Assembly: GCA_963788195.1 (NCBI GenBank)
Contig: CAWBGA010000017.1
Span: 1 to 64,000 of the forward strand
DNA from: Nitrospirota bacterium
Lineage (GTDB): Bacteria > Nitrospirota > Nitrospiria > Nitrospirales > NS-4
DNA: 64,000 nucleotides
Reading direction: 5' to 3'
The notes under the pieces are model-generated. The model was not told the origin of the DNA. It saw only the letters and a list, made by a program, of their open reading frames with translations, and did not search any database. Positions 26,346-37,992 of the stretch are shown here, in pieces; the stretch's first letter is position 1, and every line of letters starts with the position of its first letter. The position numbers were made by a program, and so were the translations under genes.

Positions 26346-29300
26346 CGAGCATTTCCCCCATGGCATCTCCGTCTGATGGCTCCGGGGACACGGCGGGTTC
26401 GGCTTTTGCGACCTTCAGCGTCCTGAGCACCTTGAGGAGCTTCGTCGCCGGATCAGTTCTCGCCCGCCTGGCGGTTAAGTCATGCGTGTAGCGGCAGGCG
26501 GCCGAAAAATCGCAGTATCCGCAGTACTCTCCCGGAAGGATAGGGAACCGACCTTGCCTAATCCCATCCACAAGGAGTTGCAGGGTCTTCTTGATCAGCG
26601 CGCCATTGTGCCCTTCCCAACACGAGGCGTAGAGCATCGTCTTCTGGATTGGCATGTCGATCCATCTCGATCCCAGAAAGTAAAAGGCCGCTGAATCGGG
26701 TTCGGCCACGCGATCCGGCAACACATATTTCGCAAGGTGTAAATAGAGAAGCGGTTGAAGCCGCTGCGCCCTTACCGTGGCGACGTTCAGGTCCTTGTCG
26801 CGGGCACTCATCGCACGAGCAGCCGTATATTTGTAGTCTACGATGCGGATCTGGACTTTTTCTGTCGTCGACTCCTTTAGATCGACTCGATCGAGGACGC
26901 CATGGATGATGACCGGTTCCCCTGACGGGGGCCCAAGATCAAGCGGCCCCGTGACGGGAACCTCAAACAACGAGGGCAGATAGCCGGACTCCGACAACTC
27001 AAGCAGATCGCTGCTCACGAGCGCCTTGGTCAGCCGTAGAATTTCCTCCTTCGCGACTTCCCAGGCCAGCGGATAACCGACGGCCTCCGCGCGCTCGAAC
27101 TCAGCGAAGACGCTTTCCGCCTCCTCCGTGAGCCACTCAAGCGCCTCCTCAGGAGAAATCGTGGTGACCGGCACGGCCGTCACGCGAAGCCGGTCATAAA
27201 AAGCCCGCAATACCGAATGACAGAGCTCTCCACGGGCACGGCCGTCAAGTTCGTTCACAGATTCCGGCGTGCGGCAGCGGCATCACCCGTAACACCTGGG
27301 CGCTGTAGTACTGAAAGGGACATTGCGCATAGCGTTGCAATGCCGTCGGTGACAGCAAGATCTGGCCAGGCGCCCCGGCAGGGTCTACACCAACGAACCC
27401 ATCGTAACCGGTCAGGCGAAGATCGGATCCCTCAAGACTCGCCAGGACAACAAGACCCTCGCGCAGAAGTGCCGGCGCTTGCCGCAACTCCACGCAAGGC
27501 CACAGGGCGGCTAACGGAACACGCTCGCCACTTTCACCTCTGCCTGTGAGCGAGAGCGCCAGGGCGTGGGGTTCGCCCGATTGCAGAATCATCCGCAGAG
27601 CCTGTTCCTGAGGCGTCAACAGCCTGGAATCGCAAGGCCAGGATGCCCACCGTTCCATAGGCCGACGCCTGATGGCAATCTCCTGGCCGGCTAGCTCGCG
27701 GTGCAGCTCGGCCAGATATCCGGAAGGCGCCAGCGCGCGTCCCTTCCGATCAGCTCGTTGATAGCTCAGGTAGAGTCGCTCCCGGACTGATCTCAACAAC
27801 AAGGCAAAGAGCAGCCGCTCTTCAGCAAAACCGTCGAGCTTGCGTGCGATCTTATAACCCAGGTCGCGGTTTAAGATGTCCCGATCGGCGTCTCTTAAAA
27901 ATGCGTCCTCTTGAATGGACCGGGGAAAGATCTTGTCATTGAGACCGATGACAAACAGCGCGCGGAAACGAAGGCCGCGCGCGGCCATGGCATCCAGTGA
28001 CGCGCACGCCGGCCAGATGTTGCGTCTCGGAGGGCAATCTCGCCCCTTCCAATACGCGGATTGCATGGTCGCACCATTCCTGAAGGCTGATCTCGTCATC
28101 GAGCAGATCCAGGATTTCGATCGACCGTAGGCTGTCCCTCACGGCGAGCTGCACTTGGCCGCTGTGAGCGGCCGCGACGTCCTCTGTCCATGCCGGCAGG
28201 TCAAACCAGCGCGGGAGGAGATTCATAAAGATCGTCGTGTACTCCTTCCAGCCTGCGCGCTTGGGAACCGCCGAGAGGTCAGCGTGCAATTGTGTGATGA
28301 GACGCCACAAGAGACTGCCCGCGCCCGTCTCTTGCGCAGTCTCTTGCGCGGCCGCCTGCTCCAGGCGCAGCCAATCGCCGAGGCCACCATCAGAAGAGCC
28401 TTTCGTGATGTTCAATTCGCGTGTGATGACATCCCATCGATCCGCTCCAGGAGCAGCCCCCGAAGTAAGAACTTCCAGGACGCCGCCTCGCGGAAATGAA
28501 GCGGCGCGCAACCACAGGAACTGCACAATGGCTTTGGCCAACGGCTGGTGGATGAGAGGTTCCCCCAGCGAAGACGCATAGGGAATACGGTTCTCATCGA
28601 AGACCTTCCGGATCACTGAGAACACAGGATCCAGTGTCCGCGCGACAACACCGATGTCGATCGGTTCCATGCGCTGGTCTTCAACGAGTCTCAATATTTC
28701 TTTGGCCACGGTGGCCACTTCATCATCAAGTCCCACGGCGCTGAAGACCCGGCATGATCCCCGGACCTCCGGCGCCATCTCTTCTGCCAGTGAGCCGAGG
28801 AGAAAACCATCTCCGCCCGCCGGGGCCGCCTCTCCAAAGGGCAGAGCCATTTGCGAACGCTTTGATTGATTGTGGTCAGAGGCCGGAGCCGTCAGGCCTG
28901 TGATGTAGGTATCGAAAAACTGTTGCGCAAATCGGTAGGCCGGATTCCCGCTTTCAAGCGGGAACAATACAGTGGTTGGGTAGCACGCATGAACGGCTTT
29001 GAAGAAATCCAGCTGGCCTTGGGTCAGATCATAAAATCCGTAGTAGACAATTTTATCCATCCGGGCGAGAAATGCCGAACTTGGGACCAGGGGCACCGAT
29101 AGCCGCGCGAGATCATCCGGATCGGCAATGTGCAGTGAGCTGTCGGTGGCAAGCACGGCCTGATACAGATGGAGCACAGCACGGAGTCGTGGGCGGTCCT
29201 CGCCTCCGATGAGGCCTTCATTCAATGCAGATAATGCCGATACGGGATCGATTCGCGCCTCCTTCAGATCCTGGATGGTCGTCCACATTCCGGTCCAGAT

Positions 29301-29648
29301 GCCCCGCATCTGCGCCCAGCCGCTGAAAACCTCAAGGCTCGGGAGTCCCCGATTGACCAATGAGCGCAGGAGTTCCTCACGAAACAGATGGCTCACCATT
29401 TCCGGCGGCCGTGTCTGAGCGTCCTCCCGCATGATCGTCACGGCGAGCTCATGGAAGGTCGAAATATGGACATCGAGGAGCGCCGTCTGCCGTTCAACGG
29501 CCAGGAGCCATTTCACGCGGCGGGCCAGTTGCAGGGAGGGAACGAGGATTGCCAGCGGACGGAGAGGATCGGACTGCTTCGCCGACTGAACCTCGGCGAC
29601 CAACGCCTCTTCCAAATCGGGATGGAATGGCGCCGAGACGATCCTCAC
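26338..29648 (-). CDS. addB: AddB-like inactive helicase with Fe-S PD-(D/E)XK nuclease (two frameshifts)
   Basis: YGFYDLT, ARGLRF, EERLLF, YAQCPFQYY, GVLDRVD...DYK, CGYCDFSAAC; overlaps addA start. Confidence 0.85.
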
Positions 29649-29659
29649 CGGGAGTCCCC

Positions 29660-29745
29660 AAAAGGGGACAGGCTACTTTTTTTCCGGTTCCTCAGCGTAC
29701 CGCTCATCGCACCTTCACCCCTAAAAAAGTAGCCTGTCCCCTTTT
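29660..29745. repeat. 23-bp perfect inverted repeat with 40-bp spacer (REP/MITE-like)
   Basis: AAAAGGGGACAGGCTACTTTTTT (29660-29682) and AAAAAAGTAGCCTGTCCCCTTTT (29723-29745). Confidence 0.9.
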
Positions 29746-29749
29746 TTCT

Positions 29750-30095
29750 CTACACGGCAATGTCGGCTCGCTGCCGGGCCGCTTCCAACGCAGCCGCATA
29801 TGCAGATCGCACTGCCTGCGCGTTCGGGTCGTCGCCGTCCAACATCCCCGCTTCATGTAAAACTGCGAGGCGCGGATTAGGATCCAGACGGAGCACGGCG
29901 TTCACGTCCAAAGTACTCGTGGCCATCCTTCAGCACCGTCACGAAGGCTTCCAGCCACGACGAAATGATGGCCTGCAATGCCGGCGAGTCTTTGGGCATC
30001 CGGCCAAGCCGGACTTGAGGCAGAAGTTTAGGAATAGGATCGGTACGTTGCAGCAGGACAAACGCGCGATTGAGGAAGTCCTGAGGGGTCTCCAC
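29750..30095 (-). CDS. Hypothetical protein (~115 aa, one frameshift)
   Basis: ORF 29877..30095 continues in another frame as LDVNAVLRLDPNPRLAVL...DIAV*. Confidence 0.6.
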
Positions 30096-30112
30096 GAGGC
30101 GGGAAGCGGCCG

Positions 30113-30277
30113 CTAACCGGTCTCGGGCTGGCAGTCGGTGCCATTACAATCATTGCACATGAACGCGCCGTCGATGAATGACATCGGCTCATCGCACACC
30201 GGGCAGTTCGGCGCTTCCGTCTTCGGCAACCCGTGCAGAACGTCTAGATCCAACTCGTTGTCAAATTCTTCAGGCAT
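30113..30277 (-). CDS. Small acidic zinc-ribbon protein (54 aa)
   Basis: CPVC...CNDC pairs; GAAGGAAGG upstream of the ATG at 30277. Confidence 0.65.
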   Translation of the reverse strand: MPEEFDNELDLDVLHGLPKTEAPNCPVCDEPMSFIDGAFMCNDCNGTDCQPETG

Positions 30278-30284
30278 GATGTGT

Positions 30285-30542
30285 TCAGCCTTCCTTCTTC
30301 GCACCCAAGGCCTTCTCGGCACTCTCACGAGAGGGGACACCGATGAACTTGAGTTTGCCATCGATGATCGTCGCCGGTGTGGCGCGAATCGCGTGGCGAT
30401 CGGCTAACTCCTGCCCGTCCGGGCTCAGGATATCCACTTCACGATACCCGAAGCTGTATTTCACGCGCAGCCCCTTCCAGAGACTTTTGGCGGCCGGGCA
30501 GGCTCCACAACTTTGAGAATAAACAAGAGTGATGTTCGCCAC
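30285..30542 (-). CDS. Small thioredoxin/glutaredoxin-fold protein
   Basis: CGAC active site, cis-Pro motif ATPATIIDG, FIGVP. Confidence 0.85.
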   Translation of the reverse strand: MANITLVYSQSCGACPAAKSLWKGLRVKYSFGYREVDILSPDGQELADRHAIRATPATIIDGKLKFIGVPSRESAEKALGAKKEG

Positions 30543-30590
30543 ACGGATATGCTACCACGCGGTCCAAAGGCGCCGCAAGGAAGTCGCGGG

Positions 30591-31556
30591 CTAGTCGATA
30601 GTCGCGAGGGCGGCCAACGTGGGTTTGCCGCCGAGAACCGCGACGACATTCTCCGCGGCCATGACGGCCTGCCGCAACACGGATTCCTCGGTGTGGGCGC
30701 CGGCATTCCCGGACACCATGACATTCTCTTGCGCGAGGAGGGGCACGGTGAATGGCGCTTCGTCAGACGGCAAATCGAAGGCGGCGCCACGGATGCGCTG
30801 TCCACGGAGCGCGTCCAACACCGCACCTTCGTCAATGAGTTCGGGCCGTCCCGTATTAATCAGATATGACCCGGGGCGCATTCGCGCAACCCGCATCTTC
30901 GACAGCCATCCCTTGGTGTCGGGATTGAAGTCGAGGTGTAAACTGACGACATCCGAATTCTTCAACAGCTCATCCGCAGGGACATATTCGATTCCATGGT
31001 ATTCGGCAAAGGCTTCGTCCGGTTTCATGTCGAAGGCCATCACGTTCATGCCCAAGGCCAGGACGCGCTTCGCAACCTCCTTGCCGATGCCCGTCATCCC
31101 CACGATGCCGAGCATCTTTCCCATCAGCTCCACCCCGACGACCGACGACCACTTTCCACTCCGGATCTCGCGGTCCATCTGCGGAATGCCGCGGAGCATC
31201 GCGAACATCAGTGCGATGGTCAACTCCGCAACCGCGGGGTAGGTCACGCCGGGGGTAAAGGTGACCGGGATGTTTCTGGCAGCGGCCACGTCCACGTCGA
31301 TATTGTCTATGTTTGTCCCGAACTTCGAGATGACCTTGAGGCCCGTCGCTCGATCCAGTACCCGATGCGTCACAGGGTCCTCGCCGACGATCAGGGCCTC
31401 CATTCCGGGGACATAGGCCGCCATTTCATCTTCTGTGAGGGTCCGGGGGCGAGGATTTGCGACGATTTCGTAGCCGGCCTGCTTGAGAATGGTCTTGTGC
31501 TCACCGTCGAGATCAAGAAACGCCCTCGGAGTAATCAGAACACGGGGTCCGGCCAT
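30591..31556 (-). CDS. D-2-hydroxyacid (phosphoglycerate) dehydrogenase family protein with atypical active site
   Basis: DNIDV, AVAELTIAL, ELMGKMLGIVG, SDVVSLH, INTGR; TPH motif replaced by SGN. Confidence 0.85.
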   Translation of the reverse strand: MAGPRVLITPRAFLDLDGEHKTILKQAGYEIVANPRPRTLTEDEMAAYVPGMEALIVGEDPVTHRVLDRATGLKVISKFGTNIDNIDVDVAAARNIPVTFTPGVTYPAVAELTIALMFAMLRGIPQMDREIRSGKWSSVVGVELMGKMLGIVGMTGIGKEVAKRVLALGMNVMAFDMKPDEAFAEYHGIEYVPADELLKNSDVVSLHLDFNPDTKGWLSKMRVARMRPGSYLINTGRPELIDEGAVLDALRGQRIRGAAFDLPSDEAPFTVPLLAQENVMVSGNAGAHTEESVLRQAVMAAENVVAVLGGKPTLAALATID

Positions 31557-31681
31557 TGTGTCTCCCTTTTCTCTTAGATTTCTTCATTCTATCATCGTCC
31601 GAGTCTAGCGCTCAACCCTTAATTTGAAGGAATTTGCACCCGGGAGTTGTTCTGCATAGCTGGATCGGCTATCGTGAGGCG

Positions 31682-33280
31682 GTGCGACAGCTGGGCTCCC
31701 TTATCCTGCTCCCGATTCTTTCCGGGCTCCTGCTGGTTCTCAGTTTTCCGCGAATTGACCTAGGCCTGCTCGCGTGGGTCGCGCTTGTCCCCCTCCTGGT
31801 GGCCATTCGAAACCAGCCATGGAAAACCGCCATGGCTCAGGGCTTTTTGACGGGTATCGTGTTCTATGCCGGTGCGCTTTCTTGGGTCGTGAACGCGATG
31901 CACCTGTACGGTCAAATGCCCGTCGTCCTGAGCTACCTCGTCATGCTCCTCCTCGCAGCCTACTGCGCCTTGTACCTGGCGATATTCACCGGGTTTCTGC
32001 GTTGGGCATCGTCGGGCACCCCTTCATTATTTCTCTGGGGGGCACCGGCCCTATGGGTCGCACTGGAACTTGCCCGGACTCATTTGTTTTCCGGCTTTCC
32101 GTGGGCCCTGCTGGGGTACAGCCAGTATGACCACCACCCCGTAATCCAAGTAGCTGATTTCACTGGCGTATATGGCGTTTCGTTTCTTATCGTGCTGGTC
32201 AACGTACTGATTGCGGTGCTCATCAAGACGGCGCTGGCGCATGTCTCGATCGTAGAATCTCGTGTACCCGTGCCGTTGGTGCGAGTCATGCTGGCGCTGA
32301 TGGTCGTTGCAGGGAGCCTGGCATACGGACATTGGCGTCTCGTCCCAGATCCGGGTGTGGCCAGGAACCCTCCGCTGCGTATCGGGATTGTTCAGCCGAA
32401 CGTGGATCAATCCCGGAAGTGGGATACCGCCTTCCGCCGGCAAACGATCGATCGCTTCGAAGTGTTGACGACGCTTGCGGCGAAAAATTCTGACTTCGTG
32501 CTCTGGCCGGAGGCCGCCACGCCATTTCTATTCGAGGCGGAGGCGGAGTACCGGGAGGAACTTCTAGGCTTCGTTCGGGAGCAGGGGGTCTCGCTATTGT
32601 TCGGGAGCCCGGCGACCATCGTGGAGAAGGAAAGCGATCAATTACGCTTGCTCAACAGCGCCTTCCTCATCAGCGCGGACGGACAGATTCTGGATCGGTA
32701 CGACAAAATCCATCTGGTCCCCTTTGGCGAGTACATTCCGTTTAAGCACGTCCTCAAGTTTTTGGACAAGCTCGTCGTGGGCATCGGGGATTTTTTTCCC
32801 GGCAATGCCCCTGAAGTCATGCAAGGGCCTGGCGGCCGGTTCGGCGTGGTCATCTGCTTTGAAGTGATCTTCCCTGATCTCGTGCGGCGCTTTGTCGATC
32901 TCGGCGCGGATTATATGATCACGATCACAAACGACGCATGGTTCGGCCGGTCAAGCGCTCCCTACCAGCACTTCGGCATGGTGGTGTTCCGGGCGGTTGA
33001 GAACCGCGTCTACTTCGCGCGGGCGGCCAACACCGGAATCTCCGGATTTATCGATCCGTTCGGGCGAATCGTACGGCAGTCCAACATCTTCACCGAAGAG
33101 GCCCTGACGGGAGAGATCCGGACCGGCGGCCCTCGTACGTTCTATACAGCCTACGGGGATCTGTTCGGCTATGCCTGTGTTATACTCGCGCTGTTTTCGC
33201 CGGTACTCGCGGGACGTTCACCAAACCCACTGGATGCCGTACGGGCGCGATACAACTTCGGGAGAGACCATGCTCGCTGA
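31682..33280 (+). CDS. lnt: Apolipoprotein N-acyltransferase
   Basis: GFPW, VQPN, WPEAA, YDKIHLVPFGEY, ICFE, TNDAWF, ANTGIS. Confidence 0.95.
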   Translation: MRQLGSLILLPILSGLLLVLSFPRIDLGLLAWVALVPLLVAIRNQPWKTAMAQGFLTGIVFYAGALSWVVNAMHLYGQMPVVLSYLVMLLLAAYCALYLAIFTGFLRWASSGTPSLFLWGAPALWVALELARTHLFSGFPWALLGYSQYDHHPVIQVADFTGVYGVSFLIVLVNVLIAVLIKTALAHVSIVESRVPVPLVRVMLALMVVAGSLAYGHWRLVPDPGVARNPPLRIGIVQPNVDQSRKWDTAFRRQTIDRFEVLTTLAAKNSDFVLWPEAATPFLFEAEAEYREELLGFVREQGVSLLFGSPATIVEKESDQLRLLNSAFLISADGQILDRYDKIHLVPFGEYIPFKHVLKFLDKLVVGIGDFFPGNAPEVMQGPGGRFGVVICFEVIFPDLVRRFVDLGADYMITITNDAWFGRSSAPYQHFGMVVFRAVENRVYFARAANTGISGFIDPFGRIVRQSNIFTEEALTGEIRTGGPRTFYTAYGDLFGYACVILALFSPVLAGRSPNPLDAVRARYNFGRDHAR

Positions 33281-34387
33281 CATCAAGATTCGCCTGAACG
33301 GTCTTCGTTCCACGTATGATGATCTTCGGAGGCATCTTTGACCTTGCGACGCTGAAAGCCCAGATACAGACTCTTGACGAGCGCATGGGCGCGGCAGACT
33401 TCTGGTCCGACCGCCGTTCCGCTCAGCAGACGATCCAGCAAAAAAACGTCTTGGAGCGGCAGCTTCAGGCCTGGAGCGAGATGGACCGCCGTATGGAGGA
33501 TCTCGGCGCGATGCTGGAACTGGTAGAGGCCGAACAGGACGCCTCCTTGGAAAGCGAACTTGCGACCGAGATCGAGAAGGCTGAGCAGCGCGATCGCAAA
33601 GCTACGGGTCAACCTGCTCCTGGTCGGCGAGAAGGATGCGAGCAATGCGATCATGGCGATTCACCCGGGCGCGGGCGGCACTGAGTCCCAGGACTGGGCT
33701 GAGATGCTGATGCGAACATACATTCGCTGGGCCGAAACCAAAGGCTACGCCGTCGAGACCTTGGATTATCTCCCGGGGGAACAGGCAGGCATCAAGAGCG
33801 TGACGCTCGGCATCTCCGGTGAAAATGCCTATGGCTACCTCAAGTCTGAGGCCGGCGTCCATCGCCTCGTCCGTATCTCCCCCTTTGACGCCAACAAACG
33901 GCGACACACCTCTTTCGCGTCTGTGTTTGTCTATCCGGAGATCGAGGACGACGTTGAGGTCGACATGGATGAAAAGGACCTCAAGATCGATACCTTCCGA
34001 TCAGGGGGCGCCGGAGGACAAAACGTCAATAAGGTCGAGACCGCCATCCGGATTACGCATCTGCCGAGCGGTATTGTCGTGCAATGCCAAAACGAGCGCT
34101 CACAGCTCAAGAACAAATCGGGCGCGATGAAGGTCCTGCGAGCGCGATTGTACGAGCTTCAACAGAAGAAAAAGGAAGAGGAATTTGCCGCGTTCGTCGG
34201 CGAAAAAAAAGAGATCGGCTTTGGAAGCCAGATTCGCTCCTATGTCTTTCAGCCGTATCAGATGGTCAAAGACCATCGAACCAACACCGAGGTCGGCAAC
34301 ATTAGTGCCGTCATGGACGGCGATCTGGACCCGTTCATCGAGGCCTACCTGGTACAAAGTTTGAGACAGCCAAAGGCAGGGCCATAG
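33270..34387 (+). CDS. prfB: Peptide chain release factor 2, with programmed +1 frameshift and one apparent sequencing indel near 33590
   Basis: [15 protein letters not shown] motifs; GGAGG-CAT-CTT-TGA-C in frame with the ATG at 33270. Confidence 0.96.
33328..33342 (+). other. prfB programmed +1 ribosomal frameshift site
   Basis: Internal SD GGAGG, 3-nt spacer, CTT TGA C. Confidence 0.93.
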
Positions 34388-34488
34388 TCCGCAATGCTGA
34401 GCCCTCATTCCTTGAGATGTCATTGACTTCCGATCTGGACAATGATGAGAACGCCCTAGTAGAATTGTTCTGATGCCGCAATTTCTTC

Positions 34489-35999
34489 ATGGATGAACTT
34501 AACGACCAGATCGAGCAGCGGCTCAAAAAACTGGATCGGCTACGCAGTCTGGGCATCGATCCCTTCGGCGCGAAATTCGATGTGGCCAGACCACGCCCCC
34601 GAGCTTCTTGCCCAATATGGGCAGGCCACCAAAGAGGCGCTCGCCGCGACGCCGGTCCTCGTCACGCTGGCAGGCCGGGTGACCGCGCTCCGCCGGTTCG
34701 GAAAGGCGGCGTTCGCGTCCATCCAAGACGGCACGGCCGCGCTTCAGGTCTATCTCAAGAAGGACGTATTGGGCGAGCCAGGGATTCGCGGTCGCGGACC
34801 TACTGGACATCGGCGACTGGGTGGGCGTCAGCGGTCCGCTTTTTCGGACCAAGACCAACGAGCTGACCGTTGAGGTGCAACAGCTTACGTTTTTGTGCAA
34901 GGCGCTTCGCCCGCTTCCAGAGAAATGGCATGGCTTGACCGATATCGAAATGCGGTATCGGCAACGCTACGTCGATCTCATCGCGAATCCCGAGGTCAAG
35001 AACATCTTCATCCTGCGCAGCCGTATCATTCAGGCCATTCGGGAATTCCTGACCGCCAAGGGCTTCCTGGAGGTTGAGACGCCGATGATGCATCCCATCC
35101 CCGGCGGCGCAACGGCGCGCCCGTTCGTCACTCATCACAACAGCCTCAGCGTCGACTTGTATCTTCGGGTGGCGCCCGAGCTGTACCTCAAACGGCTGAT
35201 CGTCGGCGGGCTGACGCGGGTCTTCGAGATCAATCGAAATTTTCGGAATGAGGGAATCTCCACGATCCATAATCCCGAGTTCACCATGCTCGAGTTTTAC
35301 ATGGCCTACGCCGACTACCACGATCTGCTCGAGCTGACTGAAGAGCTGATCACGACGGTCGTGCAAGAGGTCCACGGCAAAGGCGTCGAAACCATTGCCT
35401 ATCGACCGAACCCCAATGAGGATCGTGTGCTGAACATCTCCTTTGCTCGCCCCTGGAAACGCCTGGCCTATCGTGACGCCGTGAAAGATTTCCTGGGGGC
35501 GACATCGGAGGAAATCCTCGATCCCGCATATCTCAAGGCTCAGGCCAAACGGCATGTCCGCGAGCTCGAGGACGGTGAGTCGTACTGGATGCTGATGTCT
35601 CTGCTCTTCGAAAATTTGGTGGAGCCGACCCTCATCCAGCCCACCTTCATTACAGATTTTCCGGTTGAGCTTTCCCCGCTCGCAAAGCGCAAGGCCTCCG
35701 ACCCGGAGCTTACCGACCGATTTGAGCTGTACATCGGCGGCCGTGAGGTGGCGAACGCCTTCTCGGAGCTGAACGATCCCCTGGATCAGCGCAGGCGCTT
35801 CGAGGCCCAGATCGCAGCACGATCGAAGGACGATCCGGAGGCGACGCATCTGGATGAAGACTTTCTACGCGCGCTCGAACACGGCATGCCGCCGACCGCC
35901 GGAGAGGGCATCGGCATTGACCGACTCGTCATGCTGCTCACAAATCAGCCGTCGATCCGTGACGTGATCCTCTTTCCGCAGCTTCGACCAGAGAAATAA
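34489..35999 (+). CDS. lysS: Lysine-tRNA ligase class II (5' frameshifts)
   Basis: [35 protein letters not shown]. Confidence 0.96.
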
Positions 36000-37279
36000 T
36001 GCAGCTGCCTTACGAGGTATTCATCGGCCTTCGGTACCTTCGGGCCAAACGCCGGAACCGTTCGATCTCTTTCAACACGCTGATTTCGATCACCGGCGTC
36101 ACGATCGGCGTGGCGGCCTTAATCGCCACCTTAGGGATCATGACCGGCTTTAAAGAAGACCTTCAGGCCAAGATCCTCGGCACCAACTCACATATCATCG
36201 TCACGACGAAGACCGGCGAGAACATCACGGACTATGAAGCCGTCGCGGACAAAGCTGCGCTCGTGCCGGGAGTCGCCGCGGCCACTCCGTTCGTGTTCAA
36301 GCAGGTGCTGCTCACCACCCAGACCGGCTCGCACGGCGTGGTCCTTCGCGGCATCGACGTCGTGCGGGAGACGAATGTCACGGAGATCGCCCGAAACCTC
36401 AAGGCCGGTGCGCTCGAGGACCTGAACCGGCTGGCGCCGCCGAACCCGGAGCCCGGAGAAAAAGAGCCTGCACGCGCGGAGCCGGTCCGTCCGCTGCCTG
36501 GCATTATTATCGGCCGGGAACTCTCGCTGCGTCTCGGGGCGTTTCTCGGGGATCGGATCAATGTGGTCTCGCCGGTCGGCCCCATGAGCGCGCTGGGAAT
36601 GATCCCCAAGGTGCGCGGCTATCGTGTCGCGGGCCTCTTTGAATCCGGGATGTTCGAGTATGATTCCTCGCTCGCTTATGTCTCGATCCAGCAGGCCCAG
36701 GAATTCTTTAATATGGGACGCGCCGTGACGGGCATTGAAGTGAAGGTGACGGATATTTTCGCGGCCGATGAGATCGCGCGCCGGATCGAGCAGACCCTCG
36801 GGTATCCATACTGGGCCCGCGACTGGATGAAGCTGAACAAGAATCTCTTTTCGGCGCTCAAGCTCGAAAAATTCATGATGTTTGTGCTGCTGGTGCTGGT
36901 AATCATCGTCGCCGCGTTTAACATCGTGAGTACGCTTGCCATGATCGTCGTGGAAAAGCACCGCGAGATCGCGATTCTCAAGGCGATGGGAGCGACAGGA
37001 CAAGCCGTCATGCGGGTCTTCATGCTGAACGGCCTGGTGATTGGTCTTGTGGGAACAGTCATCGGCATTCCCCTAGGGTACGCGATCTGCTGGGCGATTC
37101 AGACCTGGTTCACTCTTCCCGGCGATATCTATCTGTTAACCCGCATCCCGGTGAACATCAAGCTCTTCGATGTCGTGGTGGTTGGCGTGTCCGCGGTAGC
37201 CATCACCTTTCTGGCCACCATTTATCCGTGTCTGGAGGCAGCGCGGCTCGAACCGGCCGAAGCTCTACGCTACGAGTGA
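35999..37279 (+). CDS. Lipoprotein-releasing ABC transporter permease LolC/E
   Basis: GLRYLRAKRR, GIMTGF, LFSALKLEK, EIAILKAMGA, PAEALRYE. Confidence 0.93.
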   Translation: MQLPYEVFIGLRYLRAKRRNRSISFNTLISITGVTIGVAALIATLGIMTGFKEDLQAKILGTNSHIIVTTKTGENITDYEAVADKAALVPGVAAATPFVFKQVLLTTQTGSHGVVLRGIDVVRETNVTEIARNLKAGALEDLNRLAPPNPEPGEKEPARAEPVRPLPGIIIGRELSLRLGAFLGDRINVVSPVGPMSALGMIPKVRGYRVAGLFESGMFEYDSSLAYVSIQQAQEFFNMGRAVTGIEVKVTDIFAADEIARRIEQTLGYPYWARDWMKLNKNLFSALKLEKFMMFVLLVLVIIVAAFNIVSTLAMIVVEKHREIAILKAMGATGQAVMRVFMLNGLVIGLVGTVIGIPLGYAICWAIQTWFTLPGDIYLLTRIPVNIKLFDVVVVGVSAVAITFLATIYPCLEAARLEPAEALRYE

Positions 37280-37310
37280 GCACTCCCTTCTTTAGGCACT
37301 GCCTGTTCTC

Positions 37311-37973
37311 ATGATTTCTGCGATTGAACTCTACAAGTCTTTTCGGCTGGGGCAGACCGAGATCAACGTATTGAACGGCGTCAGCCTGGAGATAAAACGT
37401 GGCGAGATCGTCGCCATTGTCGGGGCCTCGGGCGTGGGCAAAACCACCCTGCTGCACATCCTGGGGACGCTGGATCGTCCGACCCGCGGGACCGTCCACT
37501 TCGAGGGAGCGGATGTGTTTGTCCGATCCGATCAGGCCCTGGCGGAGTTCCGTAACCGCAAGATCGGGTTTGTCTTTCAGTTTCATCATCTGCTGCCTGA
37601 GTTTACCGCCCTGGAAAATACCATGATGCCGTCTTTGATCCGTCGCGACAGGCGTGAAGACGCGCGCGCGGCGGCGGAGCTTATCCTCAAAGAGGTAGGC
37701 CTGGAGCACCGCATGGAGCACCGCACGGGAGAACTATCCGGTGGCGAGCGACAGCGCGTGGCCGTGGCCAGGGCTCTGGTCCTCGGCCCCGACCTCGTCC
37801 TCGCCGACGAACCCACAGGCAATCTGGATTCTCACACGGGCGAAGAAGTGTTCCGCCTGATGCGGGAACTCAATGCCGCGAAGGGCATCACATTCGTCAT
37901 CGTGACGCACAACGAGGCTCTTTCGAGTCAAGCACACCGCGTCATCCGGATGGTCGACGGCCAGATCGCTTAA
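37311..37973 (+). CDS. lolD: Lipoprotein-releasing ABC transporter ATPase
   Basis: [34 protein letters not shown]. Confidence 0.93.
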   Translation: MISAIELYKSFRLGQTEINVLNGVSLEIKRGEIVAIVGASGVGKTTLLHILGTLDRPTRGTVHFEGADVFVRSDQALAEFRNRKIGFVFQFHHLLPEFTALENTMMPSLIRRDRREDARAAAELILKEVGLEHRMEHRTGELSGGERQRVAVARALVLGPDLVLADEPTGNLDSHTGEEVFRLMRELNAAKGITFVIVTHNEALSSQAHRVIRMVDGQIA

Positions 37974-37992
37974 TAAAGATCCGGGAATCCGC

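Noticed and set aside
22922..29648. Helicase plus Cas4-like nuclease as a CRISPR or defence system
   Set aside because: Domain order and pairing match housekeeping AddAB; no cas genes or array are present.
33283..35849. Long antisense ORFs opposite prfB and lysS, and similar ones opposite accC and clpC
   Set aside because: They mirror conserved sense genes, a known effect of codon bias, and show no motifs or ribosome-binding sites.
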